Part shown: in pieces, positions 34,660-44,271 of the stretch
Layout of the letters: every line of letters starts with the position of its first letter
Position numbering within the stretch: the first letter of the stretch is position 1
Origin: a virus
DNA length: 64,000 bases
Strand: one strand, 5' to 3'
Virus record (IMG/VR): IMGVR_UViG_3300035670_000028
Coordinates: 64,001-128,000 of that record
Program-made: the position numbers and the translations under genes
Notes under the pieces: generated by a model
The model's input: the letters and a program-made list of their open reading frames with translations, nothing else
Database searches by the model: none
Told to the model about the DNA's origin: nothing

Positions 34660-36296
34660 TGACTGCATTTAAGAACCTCACGTTCGGGGATGAGGCCCGA
34701 GAGAAGATCCAGCGTGGCGTCAATATTCTCTCCGACGCTGTGAAGGTCACAATGGGTCCTCGAGGCCGCAACGTGATCATCGAGAGGGAGTCTGGCCCAC
34801 CGCACCTGACGAAGGACGGCGTGACAGTCGCCCAGGCAATCGACCTCAGGGACAGGTTCGAGAATCTCGGAGCGCAGATGGTGAAGGAGGCCGCACAGCG
34901 GAGCGCCGAGATCGCAGGCGACGGCACCACGACCTCCACAGTCCTCGCCCAGGAGATCTACAACGAGGGCCTCAAGATGATCTCTGCGGGATTCGAGCAG
35001 TCAGAGGTGTGCAAGGGCATCACGGACGCCGCGGCCGCCGTGATTCAGTCCGTGTCAGAGATCTCACGCCCCATTGTGAGCGATGAGGACATCGTGCACG
35101 TCGGAACAATTTCCGCCAACGGGGACCGAGAGATCGGTGAGCTCATTGCTCGGGCCCTGTCATCGGTGGGTCGTGATGGCACGGTCACTGTCGAGGAGGC
35201 GAAGGGATTTGAGTCGACCCTCGACGTGGTCGACGGCACCCAGATTCCGCGCGGCTACCTCTCACCCTACTTCGTCACCAACCACGACAAGCTCCTGTGC
35301 GAGCTCGACAACCCGTACATCATTCTCGTCAACAAGACCATTTCCTCCATCAAGGAGCTGCTCCCGTTGCTCGAGCGCCTGCACAATGAGAAGCGATCTG
35401 CCCTTCTCATATCTGACGACCTCGACGCCGAGGCACTGCAGGCACTTGCTGTCAATAAGTTGAAGGGCATCCTGTCCATCTGCGCAATCAAGGCCCCGGA
35501 GTTTGGGGACACGCGGGTCCACACGTTCGACGACCTGTCGCTTCTCACCGGCGCGTCTGTGATCAATGCAGCGACACTTGACTCAGGCAAGGCATTTGAC
35601 ACACTCACACTCACCGCCTGCAAGAAGGCCATTGTCACCAAGACGTCGACTACGCTAGTGGGCTGCAAGCCACCCAGCGCCGACCTCCTCACAGAGCGTG
35701 TGAAGTCCCTCAGGGAGAAGCTCAGCGACCCCTCGCTGCAGGGTCCAGAGAGGGAAGTGACGCAGCGTCGGCTCTCAAGGATATCCGGAGGAGTCGCTGT
35801 GCTTCGTGTCGGTGGATCCACGGAGATTGAACTGAAGGAGCGCAAGGACAGGGTCGATGACGCACTCCACGCAACCCAGGCTGCAATCGAGGAGGGCATT
35901 GTTCCTGGTGGTGGAACTGCCTTGATCCGCGCCTCGAAGTGCTTGGATAAGCTTGTACAAAGGGATGAGGACAGCTACAATTGTGGAGTTAGAATCATGA
36001 GGACAGCGTGTGAGGCTCCCATGAGGCAGATTATTCTTAACTCCGGCGTGTCACCAGACATTATTCTGGAGCGTGTAAAGAAGATGAAGGGAAGCCAGGG
36101 CTATGACGCTCGAGGCGAGACATACAAGGACCTGATCGCTGTGGGAATCATTGATCCCACGAAGGTCGTCAAGTCAGCTGTGAAGCACGCAGCTTCCGTT
36201 GCGTGCAACCTTCTGTCCATCGGTGCTGCTGTCACTTACGATGTGAGAGAAGCTTCTGACGACATGTCACAAGATAGTTCGCTTTTGTTCGGTTAA
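34659..36296 (+). CDS. groEL: Chaperonin GroEL (phage-encoded)
   Basis: TMGPRGRNV, TKDGVTVA, GDGTTT, RGYLSPYF, EEGIVPGGG, IIDPTKV. Confidence 0.97.
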   Translation: MTAFKNLTFGDEAREKIQRGVNILSDAVKVTMGPRGRNVIIERESGPPHLTKDGVTVAQAIDLRDRFENLGAQMVKEAAQRSAEIAGDGTTTSTVLAQEIYNEGLKMISAGFEQSEVCKGITDAAAAVIQSVSEISRPIVSDEDIVHVGTISANGDREIGELIARALSSVGRDGTVTVEEAKGFESTLDVVDGTQIPRGYLSPYFVTNHDKLLCELDNPYIILVNKTISSIKELLPLLERLHNEKRSALLISDDLDAEALQALAVNKLKGILSICAIKAPEFGDTRVHTFDDLSLLTGASVINAATLDSGKAFDTLTLTACKKAIVTKTSTTLVGCKPPSADLLTERVKSLREKLSDPSLQGPEREVTQRRLSRISGGVAVLRVGGSTEIELKERKDRVDDALHATQAAIEEGIVPGGGTALIRASKCLDKLVQRDEDSYNCGVRIMRTACEAPMRQIILNSGVSPDIILERVKKMKGSQGYDARGETYKDLIAVGIIDPTKVVKSAVKHAASVACNLLSIGAAVTYDVREASDDMSQDSSLLFG

Positions 36297-36300
36297 TATG

Positions 36301-36328
36301 TGCAAAGTTCGCTCTAACGTGGTAGGAT
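36301..36328 (+). promoter_or_regulatory. TGCAAA-N16-TAGGAT promoter
   Basis: Matches the recurring motif, with extended TG. Confidence 0.5.
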
Positions 36329-36366
36329 GAATCAACCCCTGCAATCAATGCTAGGAGATACTTGAG

Positions 36367-36708
36367 ATGAGTAACAGACACAATAACGCAAACAGAGACC
36401 GGCACCAGGATAATGACGACGTTGTTGTCGACAACACCTATGACGTGACCGGTAATACCTACACACGCCAGACGCTAGAAGCCCTCAGCGAGGGAGAGCT
36501 CGGACACATCGAGACCACGATGATTAGACACATCAATTCACTGCGTTCGAAGGGCAAGAAGACGTATCCTTACGAGGTGGAGCTCTGCTACGTTCAGGAC
36601 GAGATCAATCGGCGGGCTGATATGATTGCTGCAGCCGCCGAGTACGCGAAGCGTCACAACCCGGGCTGGAGTCTTCAGGGCGATCAGGCCGGAGTTGACG
36701 CAGAATGA
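36367..36708 (+). CDS. Hypothetical protein
   Basis: AGGAG RBS; precedes the sigma gene. Confidence 0.65.
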   Translation: MSNRHNNANRDRHQDNDDVVVDNTYDVTGNTYTRQTLEALSEGELGHIETTMIRHINSLRSKGKKTYPYEVELCYVQDEINRRADMIAAAAEYAKRHNPGWSLQGDQAGVDAE

Positions 36709-37484
36709 AGGACACTCTCGAATCATTCTTCCAGCAGGTTGGCAAGACTGATCTGCTTACACGTGACCAGGAGATCGAACTGTCCAAGCTCATCGAGTCG
36801 GGCGACAAGAGAGCCCGTGACAAGATGATCAAGGCCAACCTCCGGCTAGCCATCAGCATCGCCAAGCAGTACCAGAACAAGGGCTGCGACATGGAGGACC
36901 TGATCCAGGAGTCCTCCATCGGCCTGATCAAGGCGATCGATCGATTCGATTGGCGCCGCGGCTTCAAGTTCTCAACCTACGCCTGCTGGTGGATCAAGCA
37001 GTCCGTGCGTCGGCACATCGCTTCCCACAGTGCCTCCTTCAAGCTGCCTGCCTACGCGAAGAACATGATGTTCAAGATCCAGCAGGCGGCCGCCGAGTAC
37101 GAGGAGGAGTTCGGTCAGCGACCCACGCAGCAGGAGATCGCAGATCTCCTCGGCGTCTCCACTGACATGATCAGCTCCATGATCGACTGCGCGATGCCCA
37201 CCGTGTCCATCGACAAGGCGATCGGTGCGGATGGCAGTGGCAACACCAAGACCCTGCGTGACGTCCTTCCTGATGACTCCGACCCTGTGGACGTCGTGAT
37301 GGACAAGCAGAAGATTGTTGGTGTTCTGCGTCACGCGCTGAGCACACTCACTCCCCGTGAGGAGCGCATTGTTCGCCTTCGGTTTGGAATCGCCGAGGAC
37401 GACAACGACACTGATAACTTTCCGATCACTGAGACAGAGTACAATGCACTTCTCGTTGAGAAGGCAGCTAAGGAGAAGCGCTGA
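36705..37484 (+). CDS. RNA polymerase sigma70-family factor (RpoD/RpoS-like regions 1.2-4)
   Basis: LLTRDQE, NLRL, DLIQE..IGL..A.DRFD..RGFKFSTYA.WWIKQ, LTPRE..IVRLRFG. Confidence 0.95.
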   Translation: MKDTLESFFQQVGKTDLLTRDQEIELSKLIESGDKRARDKMIKANLRLAISIAKQYQNKGCDMEDLIQESSIGLIKAIDRFDWRRGFKFSTYACWWIKQSVRRHIASHSASFKLPAYAKNMMFKIQQAAAEYEEEFGQRPTQQEIADLLGVSTDMISSMIDCAMPTVSIDKAIGADGSGNTKTLRDVLPDDSDPVDVVMDKQKIVGVLRHALSTLTPREERIVRLRFGIAEDDNDTDNFPITETEYNALLVEKAAKEKR

Positions 37485-37777
37485 TGAGCATGCCCAAGGG
37501 TTTCAAGTCTCGAAAGGGTTACGCGACCATCACGGAGATTCCGGGTGGCATGGACTACCGGAGAATCGCGGAGCGAATGTCCGCTGACGGCGACAAGATG
37601 AACCACGCGACCGCACGCAACGTCTTCCTCAAGGCGATGATGAAGATCGCTGGACCCATCCACGAGCTGTATCAGATGGACACCTCTGAGGATTCCGTGA
37701 TGAGAACTGCGAAGGATCCGGAGTTTCAGGCAGGCGTTGTTGACATGCTGGATGAGTACGGTCCCAGCAAGATCTAG
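37484..37777 (+). CDS. HTH-like protein, possibly a separated sigma region 4.2-like module
   Basis: MDYRRIAERM...HATARN.F.KAM.KI; directly follows a sigma gene whose own C-terminal HTH looks absent. Confidence 0.5.
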   Translation: MSMPKGFKSRKGYATITEIPGGMDYRRIAERMSADGDKMNHATARNVFLKAMMKIAGPIHELYQMDTSEDSVMRTAKDPEFQAGVVDMLDEYGPSKI

Positions 37778-37785
37778 GAGAGCAC

Positions 37786-38139
37786 ATGGCAAGAGGTCTT
37801 AAAATCGAGTGGCGGGTCTACAGTGCTCGCCGTCGAATTTCGGTGAAAGCGCTAATTGAGCAAGGCATCGTAACTGACTATGGCAGCTTTGTCGCCTACT
37901 GTGAGACGATGTCAGTCATTCCAATGTCGGAGTCTGACTTTAACGCAGAGGCTAGCCTTCACGTTAGAGTCTCTGTTGCTGAAGAAGCAGCGAACAAGGA
38001 TGAGAAGTCTACTGATGCTCCTGCTAATGTGATTGAAGCCACTGTGTGGCTGGCGGGTGTAAAGGAGGAATTGCCGCCTGCACCTGAGGAGAAGAAGACG
38101 AGCAAGAAGCCCAAGAAGCAGGAAATCTCGCAGGACTGA
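37786..38139 (+). CDS. Hypothetical protein
   Basis: AGGAG RBS. Confidence 0.6.
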   Translation: MARGLKIEWRVYSARRRISVKALIEQGIVTDYGSFVAYCETMSVIPMSESDFNAEASLHVRVSVAEEAANKDEKSTDAPANVIEATVWLAGVKEELPPAPEEKKTSKKPKKQEISQD

Positions 38140-38141
38140 TA

Positions 38142-38363
38142 ATGAGTCCGTTTATTAAGCGTGTGGTGTTCGGATGCACAATTGTGCTCAACACTGTTCT
38201 ATTCGCTTATAACCTGCTTGAGAGGGAGGACATTCCCTCCGCAGCCCTCAATGTCTGCGTGTGCATCATCTCATGGATAGGCATCTACTTTGTGAATGCC
38301 GCTGAACAACTGGATAAGCAACTAGGAAACACAACAGGAGAATACGATGACGACGATGAATAA
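38142..38363 (+). CDS. Two-TM membrane protein
   Basis: Two hydrophobic helices. Confidence 0.6.
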   Translation: MSPFIKRVVFGCTIVLNTVLFAYNLLEREDIPSAALNVCVCIISWIGIYFVNAAEQLDKQLGNTTGEYDDDDE

Positions 38364-38598
38364 GGAAATCATTCACGAGCTGGTTGAGAAGGTGATCGAC
38401 CTGGAGCACGAGATCAAGACCCTCCAGGAGAATCGCAAGGACATCCTTGACGAGTACAAGGACAAGATCGATCTCAAGGTGTTCAACGCAGCCCTCAAGA
38501 TCGCCCGCATCAAGGCGAAGCTGGCGCAGACCTCCGATGAGTCCCTCGACGAGGTGCTCGATGCGGTCGAGGACAAGATCTGCGTCAACGTGGGCTGA
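38347..38598 (+). CDS. GapR/DUF2312- or T4 DsbA-like DNA-binding protein
   Basis: LVEKVIDLEHEIK.LQE.RKD...EYK..ID.K.F..ALK pattern. Confidence 0.6.
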   Translation: MTTMNKEIIHELVEKVIDLEHEIKTLQENRKDILDEYKDKIDLKVFNAALKIARIKAKLAQTSDESLDEVLDAVEDKICVNVG

Positions 38599-38600
38599 AG

Positions 38601-39284
38601 ATGACTACACGAAAGGTCCTCAGCTATCCTGACCCCCGTCTCAGGGAGATCTCTGAGCCTGTCACGCAGTTCGACGACGAGCTCAAGACGATCGTCCAGG
38701 ACATGGTGGACACCATCGAGGTGATGGGCGGGGCAGGTCTCGCAGCTCCGCAGATCGGTGTGCACAAGCGTGTCCTCGTGATCAAGAGCAAGCTCTTCGT
38801 CGAGGAGAGCCCCGACGCCTCCTACAGCCCAGAGACGTGGGTCCTGGTTAATCCTGTGATTCGTGCCTCTGGCAGCACCCAGCGTTGGTCCGAGGCGTGC
38901 CTCTCTGTGCCACTAGGCAGCGGCAATGTCGATCGGCACGAGGACGTCGAGGTGAAGTACCAGCGCCTCGACGGCACTGAGAACACTGTCACTGTGAAGT
39001 GGCCCCTGTCAGGCGCCCTTCAACACGAGGCAGACCACCTGAACGGCATCCTCTACATCGACCACTTGGGTACCCTCGAGCGATCGCTCGTGGTCAGAAA
39101 GGTGGAGAAGATGCACAAGCGCCTGAGTGAGCTCGCCGAGGCGAAGAAGGAGCAGGAGATCCTGGACCTCAGGGGGTCAAAGGCTCTCCTCAAGTACAGG
39201 GCAGAGAAGGCTGGACAGGCGGTTCCCGAGAAGCGCCGCGACAAGCCCGGCAAGAAGTTCGGAAGACTAAAGAAGCGCAAGTGA
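38601..39284 (+). CDS. def: Peptide deformylase
   Basis: GAGLAAPQIG, EACLS, QHEADHLNG. Confidence 0.95.
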   Translation: MTTRKVLSYPDPRLREISEPVTQFDDELKTIVQDMVDTIEVMGGAGLAAPQIGVHKRVLVIKSKLFVEESPDASYSPETWVLVNPVIRASGSTQRWSEACLSVPLGSGNVDRHEDVEVKYQRLDGTENTVTVKWPLSGALQHEADHLNGILYIDHLGTLERSLVVRKVEKMHKRLSELAEAKKEQEILDLRGSKALLKYRAEKAGQAVPEKRRDKPGKKFGRLKKRK

Positions 39285-39296
39285 GACTTGTGGTCG

Positions 39297-39334
39297 ACCA
39301 GCAGCACTCGACGAAAAAGAGTGCCGCTGGTTTG
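39297..39334 (+). terminator. Stem-loop, probable terminator
   Basis: ACCAGCAGCACTC / GAGTGCCGCTGGT 13-bp stem with one mismatch and a short T tail. Confidence 0.55.
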
Positions 39335-39343
39335 CCGTTTAAG

Positions 39344-39371
39344 TGCAATCCTAGATCAGACGGTGTAGTAT
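39344..39371 (+). promoter_or_regulatory. TGCAAT-N16-TAGTAT promoter, leaderless
   Basis: ATG 39378 lies 6 nt downstream. Confidence 0.55.
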
Positions 39372-39377
39372 TGAACC

Positions 39378-39542
39378 ATGGCTAAGGCAAAGAAGATCAA
39401 CAAGCGAGGCATCGCCCGGTCGCACTTCTTTGCCACGGTGGGCGACCTTGCACGGTGGCGCGGTCGCACGGCTATTTTCAAGGACCAACGACTTGAGGCA
39501 GACCGCAGGGCGTGTCGTGTGAGGGTGACAGACCATGAGTGA
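39378..39542 (+). CDS. Small basic protein (54 aa, not in ORF track)
   Basis: Hand translation MAKAKKINKRGIARSHFF...RACRVRVTDHE. Confidence 0.6.
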   Translation: MAKAKKINKRGIARSHFFATVGDLARWRGRTAIFKDQRLEADRRACRVRVTDHE

Positions 39543-39804
39543 CATGAAGATGTTTGAGATATACATGTTCTCCGATCAGGTGAACAAGAGCGGCCACGGT
39601 GGCCACGTTCGATTCGTCGCCGCCAAGGACGAGCACGATGCTAGCCACAAGGTGGCCTTCGTGTGGGGACACTGGTGGCGCACGTGCGGCATCCGAGAGG
39701 TGGACATGCACTACTGGTGTGACACCCACTCCACCCTGGTGGAGGGCAAGTCTGCGCACTCACTGTCACTGCAGGCGTACAACGAGTACTGTGGAAAGGT
39801 CTGA
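39535..39804 (+). CDS. Hypothetical protein
   Basis: Overlaps upstream ORF. Confidence 0.6.
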   Translation: MSDMKMFEIYMFSDQVNKSGHGGHVRFVAAKDEHDASHKVAFVWGHWWRTCGIREVDMHYWCDTHSTLVEGKSAHSLSLQAYNEYCGKV

Positions 39805-39814
39805 GGAGAGTCAC

Positions 39815-41041
39815 ATGCTGGTGAGCGAGATCCTGGAGAGTGTTCAGAATGAGTCGGGCTCCAACGCGAAGATGGAGATCCTCCGACGACACAAGGGCAA
39901 CAAGATCCTCGTGAAGGCACTTCGAATGGGGCACGACCCGTTCACGCCCTTTCACGTGGTGAAGGTTCCCGCTGTCACCAAGAAGCAGCGCGCCGCACTC
40001 TCCCAGGAGTCAGACCGCTGGGGAGGCTTCTTCACTGCGGCTGGCAAGTGTGCTGCCCGCAAGGTGACAGGCAACGCCGCAGTGGAGACGATCCATGCTG
40101 CCCTGTGCGGCGCCACGGAGGCTGAGGAGAAGTGGATGCGCAAGATCCTCAAGAAGCACATGGCGATCGGTGCGTCCGAGAAGACCATCAACAAGGTGAT
40201 GCCGGGCACCGTGCCCACCTTCGACGTGCAGCTCGCCCAGAAGTTCGAGGAGAAGCGCCTCGCGGGCCGAAAGCAGGTTGCTGTGGAACCCAAGCTGGAC
40301 GGCATCCGGTGCTTCGCCGTGGTCCGAGACGGCAACGCCACCCTGTTCGCCCGCAGCGGCAAGCAGATCACCAACTTCGACGACACGATCGGCGCGGAGC
40401 TCGCCACACTCGAGGACGGGTGCTACGACGGCGAGATCATGGGCAAGGACTTCACTGCCCTCATGCAGCAGGCCTACCGGAAGGACGACGTTGACGTCAG
40501 GGACACTTACCTCGCCCTGTTTGATTATCTACCCATCGAGGAGTGGGATAGCAAGGAGACGGCCCTGGGCTGCTCCAAGAGGTACGCCGCCCTGAGCACC
40601 CGACTGAAGCCCGGGCTGAAGCACCTGCGCCTCGTGCCCCGCACCCTCACGGAGCCGAGCTACGGGCCGATCAAGGCGCTGCACGACACGTACGTCTCCC
40701 AGGGCTACGAGGGCGCGATGGTGAAGGACGTCGAAGCGCCCTACCTTTTCGGCCGCGGTCACGAGGTGATGAAGCTCAAGGCCTTCCACGACGCCGACCT
40801 CCGGATCGAGGGGTTCATCGAGGGCACGGGCAAGCACGAGGGCAAGCTGGGATCTGTCCTGGTCGACTACGAGGGCGTGCAGGTGCAGGTGGGCTCCGGG
40901 TTCAGCGATGAGCTTCGAGAGCAGATCTGGGCTGACCAGAAGTCCTTCCTCGGCCGGATGATCGAGGTGCGGTACCAGGAGGTGACTCCGGACGGCTCGC
41001 TGCGGTTTCCCACCTTCAAGTGCTTCCGAAATGATCGCTGA
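39815..41041 (+). CDS. ATP-dependent DNA ligase
   Basis: EPKLDG, FARSGK, DGEI, EGAMVK, MKLK, VGSGF, SLRFP; GAGGAG RBS before ATG 39815. Confidence 0.96.
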   Translation: MLVSEILESVQNESGSNAKMEILRRHKGNKILVKALRMGHDPFTPFHVVKVPAVTKKQRAALSQESDRWGGFFTAAGKCAARKVTGNAAVETIHAALCGATEAEEKWMRKILKKHMAIGASEKTINKVMPGTVPTFDVQLAQKFEEKRLAGRKQVAVEPKLDGIRCFAVVRDGNATLFARSGKQITNFDDTIGAELATLEDGCYDGEIMGKDFTALMQQAYRKDDVDVRDTYLALFDYLPIEEWDSKETALGCSKRYAALSTRLKPGLKHLRLVPRTLTEPSYGPIKALHDTYVSQGYEGAMVKDVEAPYLFGRGHEVMKLKAFHDADLRIEGFIEGTGKHEGKLGSVLVDYEGVQVQVGSGFSDELREQIWADQKSFLGRMIEVRYQEVTPDGSLRFPTFKCFRNDR

Positions 41042-41104
41042 CTGACTGATTACGCTGTCAACTCTCCGCTAGGCTCATACTTATGCTAGCGGAGCAGGGT
41101 ATAA

Positions 41105-41500
41105 ATGACAGCAAACAATCAGTACTACATGGGTGAGAACTTTGTGCCGGCGTATCAAATGTCGGCAACGCCCTTCGTCACATCTTCAAACGTGACGCTT
41201 GGACAGACGAAGGAGATAGCGTTCGGAAACGTGACCCGTTTCCTGATCGTCAAGAACACCGGCGCCTCGAGCACGATGTTGGCGGTGGGGTTCACACAGA
41301 ACGGCCTCAAGCCTGCCAACTCCAACTACTTCCTGCTCAGCGGCTCCGAGGCATTCTCAGCTGAGCTTCGTGTGGACAGGGTGTTCATCTCTGGCAGCGC
41401 CGGCGCCCCGAACTTCACAGTCGTGGCGGGCCTCACAGGCGTTGATCCTAGCAGGTTCCTCCTGGTCACCTCCTCAAACGGATTCAACGGAGTAGGTTGA
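41105..41500 (+). CDS. Beta-rich virion structural protein
   Basis: AYQMSATPFVTSS; late motif at 41077. Confidence 0.6.
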   Translation: MTANNQYYMGENFVPAYQMSATPFVTSSNVTLGQTKEIAFGNVTRFLIVKNTGASSTMLAVGFTQNGLKPANSNYFLLSGSEAFSAELRVDRVFISGSAGAPNFTVVAGLTGVDPSRFLLVTSSNGFNGVG

Positions 41501-41506
41501 GTCGAT

Positions 41507-42268
41507 ATGGCGGACAATGGCTTCGCCACCGGGTTTGGAACGAGCTTTGGTCCAGGTGGATTTGGCGCAGGATTCGCTGCAGCACCTGAAACTGCAGGTC
41601 CTATCTTGACTGGCCTTGTGCTGCAGTATGACATCGGCAATGCGACATCCTATCCTGGGTCTGGCAACACAGTGTACGATCTACAGGGAAACAGCAATGC
41701 CACACTGGTGAATTCACCCACGTACTCCAGCGGTTACTTACAGTTCGACGGCACGAACGAATACCTGATGACGAACACATCGCTCGCATCCAAGGTGACG
41801 ACCGATATCACATCGATCTCGATGTGGGCATATCCAATGGACAACGGTGTACTCCTCAGCGAGCAAGGATCAACTTCTCTCAATGCTGGCTGGCACGACT
41901 CGCAGATGGAGATGGTGGCCGGCACGATGAATTTTGGAATGTGGAATGGCACGGGCATCACATCGATAACCTCAGCGATCGCCACACCCCTCAACGCCTG
42001 GTACAACTTCACCATGGTGTACAATGGCACGAAGCTCACTGCCTACGTCAACGGTGCCAACGCAGGAGAAGTGACTTTTGCCCGCGTTAATCCAATCGAG
42101 GGTGGAACCGGAATACACTACGCGATCGCAGCGGAGGACTCTACTGATATGGGTGACGGTAGCTACGCCAACATGCGTCTAGGCCAGTTCCTAGTGTACA
42201 GTGTGGCACTCACAGCGGATCAAGTGCTGGAGAACTTCAACGCCACGAGAACCACCTATGGGATTTAA
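41507..42268 (+). CDS. LamG/ConA-like virion protein
   Basis: GLVLQYD.GN..SYPGSG..VYDL, FDGTN, WY...VY.G....YVNG, Y..ALT...V..NFNA. Confidence 0.8.
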   Translation: MADNGFATGFGTSFGPGGFGAGFAAAPETAGPILTGLVLQYDIGNATSYPGSGNTVYDLQGNSNATLVNSPTYSSGYLQFDGTNEYLMTNTSLASKVTTDITSISMWAYPMDNGVLLSEQGSTSLNAGWHDSQMEMVAGTMNFGMWNGTGITSITSAIATPLNAWYNFTMVYNGTKLTAYVNGANAGEVTFARVNPIEGGTGIHYAIAAEDSTDMGDGSYANMRLGQFLVYSVALTADQVLENFNATRTTYGI

Positions 42269-42291
42269 GTGAGCGAAGACCCTGTCGAGTG

Positions 42292-42320
42292 TGCAAATTG
42301 ACTCATTCGTGTGTTATACT
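42292..42320 (+). promoter_or_regulatory. TGCAAA-N17-TATACT promoter
   Basis: Matches the recurring motif, with extended TG. Confidence 0.65.
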
Positions 42321-42339
42321 GTTGACATAGGAGAAGCGC

Positions 42340-42723
42340 ATGAGCTCAACGTACGAGAGAAACAGGATGATCGCCCAGCTTAAGCTCCTCGAGGCCGGTG
42401 TGGTACCAGTCGATCGAGGCTTCCTCGCCTCTATCGCGAAGGGGCCTGCTAGACCCCTTAAGGTCGTTCGCGACAGCCTCTCGTCCCTCTCGCCGGAGGA
42501 ACGTCGAAAGTCGACTCGCAAGTTCCGCAAGCTGCACCGCAAGGTTGCGAAGGAGCTCATGAAGAAGGCCAATCGCGTGGAGAAGGCTCGAGCCCGAGGA
42601 ATGCAGGAGTTCCTTGCTGCGAGCGAAAAGGGCCCCTCGAGGCCCACACCCAAGTGCCATGATGCCAGAAACCGCGAGGTGTGGCAGTACTTCATGCACC
42701 TCGCCGCAACCGGAAAGATCTGA
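42340..42723 (+). CDS. Basic hypothetical protein
   Basis: AGGAG RBS. Confidence 0.65.
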   Translation: MSSTYERNRMIAQLKLLEAGVVPVDRGFLASIAKGPARPLKVVRDSLSSLSPEERRKSTRKFRKLHRKVAKELMKKANRVEKARARGMQEFLAASEKGPSRPTPKCHDARNREVWQYFMHLAATGKI

Positions 42724-42758
42724 GGCGCATACTTATTGACATTGTCAGGAGTCAGCTG

Positions 42759-43016
42759 ATGGATCAGAGAACAATGAAGGCGAAGGAAGAGCTCGCGGTG
42801 TACAAGGCGATTAGCAGACTGCCCATGCAGGTCGAGGAGATGACCCTCCTACTCAAGAAGGACTTCGGACAGCTTGTGGTCGAGCACGAGCTTGACCTCT
42901 GCCAGGGAAACATGATGCGTGCCTGGCTCATGTCCGAGGTGCGCCGGCACAAGATGCAGCACCTGAGTGGAAATCGAAGCCAAGAGGTTCAGGACCTCCT
43001 CGATCGCATGCTCTGA
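42759..43016 (+). CDS. Hypothetical protein
   Basis: ATACTTA at 42729, AGGAG RBS. Confidence 0.55.
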   Translation: MDQRTMKAKEELAVYKAISRLPMQVEEMTLLLKKDFGQLVVEHELDLCQGNMMRAWLMSEVRRHKMQHLSGNRSQEVQDLLDRML

Positions 43017-43068
43017 TACAAATCGATTCTCCTGGCAATAATTGCCTCTGTTCCTAGAAGGAGGACAA

Positions 43069-43386
43069 ATGGCAGGATCTGATAGCACAAACGCACCTGG
43101 GCGTCCATGGACGATTGTAGGCACATTCTCAACGTACGAGGCTGCTTCCGCAAAGGCAGCCCAGCACAAGGGCCCGAGGAACGTCGAGGTGAAGATCAAG
43201 AAGCTGTCGACAGGCTTCACGGTTCGAACTCGTCAGGAGGAGCGTGCGGCATCTCCTGTTCATCAGGAGTCCGCGCCCTCAGGCGCAGTGAAGAAGACCA
43301 AGATGAAGGCGAAGGAGCGGCGTGCTCTGGAGCGCAGCGCCAGCGCTGAGGACTCTCTTGATTCGCCTGCTGAAAAAACTTCCTAA
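43069..43386 (+). CDS. Basic hypothetical protein
   Basis: GGAGG RBS. Confidence 0.6.
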   Translation: MAGSDSTNAPGRPWTIVGTFSTYEAASAKAAQHKGPRNVEVKIKKLSTGFTVRTRQEERAASPVHQESAPSGAVKKTKMKAKERRALERSASAEDSLDSPAEKTS

Positions 43387-43966
43387 CACCGTATACGTGG
43401 CAGTGTCAGGTGGTGTTGACTCGATGGCAGCACTTGACTTCGCCCGCCGCGGCAAGCGGGCAGTTCACGTGCTTCACTTCGACCACGGCACAAAACACGG
43501 CTCCGAGGCGAGAAAGTTCATCGAGGCGTACTGCTCATCGGAGCGTATTCCTCTGACAATCTCATCACTGCAGCGTCCCAGGGATCCCAGTGAGTCACTA
43601 GAGGAGTACTGGCGCAATGAGAGGATCAGGTTCTTTAGGGAGCACACTGACGCTCCGATTGTGACAGCGCACCACTTGGACGATGCAGTTGAGTGGTGGA
43701 TCTTCACCTCTCTTCACGGATCGCCTAGGCTCATGTCGTACAGTAATGACGCGACGGGTGTGATCAGGCCCTTCCTCGCGACGCCAAAGGACGAGCTTGT
43801 CTCGTGGTGTGAGAGGAAGGGTGTGCCGCACGTGAGCGATCCCAGCAATGAGTCGAGAAATCACAGCAGGAATAGGATTCGTCACGATATTGTGCCGCAT
43901 GCCCTCGTAGTCAATCCTGGGCTTCGGACTGTAATCAAGAAGAAGATTGTGGAGGAGCTAGGATGA
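43358..43966 (+). CDS. tilS: tRNA(Ile)-lysidine synthetase, short form
   Basis: AVSGGVDS, HFDHG, E..WR..R, TAHHLDD, RPFL, DPSN, RNRIRH..VP; lacks C-terminal domains. Confidence 0.9.
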   Translation: MIRLLKKLPNTVYVAVSGGVDSMAALDFARRGKRAVHVLHFDHGTKHGSEARKFIEAYCSSERIPLTISSLQRPRDPSESLEEYWRNERIRFFREHTDAPIVTAHHLDDAVEWWIFTSLHGSPRLMSYSNDATGVIRPFLATPKDELVSWCERKGVPHVSDPSNESRNHSRNRIRHDIVPHALVVNPGLRTVIKKKIVEELG

Positions 43967-44271
43967 CTGACAAGAAGATATTCTATATTGTTGAGGCATT
44001 GCGGTGGGGTGATCGCGAGAGTCACTCATACATTGTTGGACTGTACAGTGAGCTCGACCGTGCGAAAGCCGCAGCCGATGCGCACTCAGAGTACCGCGGA
44101 GGTAAGTACTCTTGCCAGGTGTTCCAGTGCGCTGTTGATGAGGAAGTTGACACTGACTGGAATGCGTCACTTCTGTATGAGTCCAAGTGTGCATTTGAGA
44201 TAGACAAGGACGCAGCAGACTTCAGGTCAATTCTTGAGACGCTCTCAAAGCGTGCAAAGGAGCGCCAGTGA
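43963..44271 (+). CDS. Hypothetical protein
   Basis: YIVEALRWGDRESHSY; GGAGG RBS. Confidence 0.65.
   Translation: MTDKKIFYIVEALRWGDRESHSYIVGLYSELDRAKAAADAHSEYRGGKYSCQVFQCAVDEEVDTDWNASLLYESKCAFEIDKDAADFRSILETLSKRAKERQ

Noticed and set aside
34659-36296. Bacterial chromosome origin suggested by groEL, dnaE, def, tilS and a guaB-like gene
   Set aside because: No bacterial operon context (no adjacent groES); the genes are divergent and interleaved with phage-type small ORFs and phage promoter motifs.
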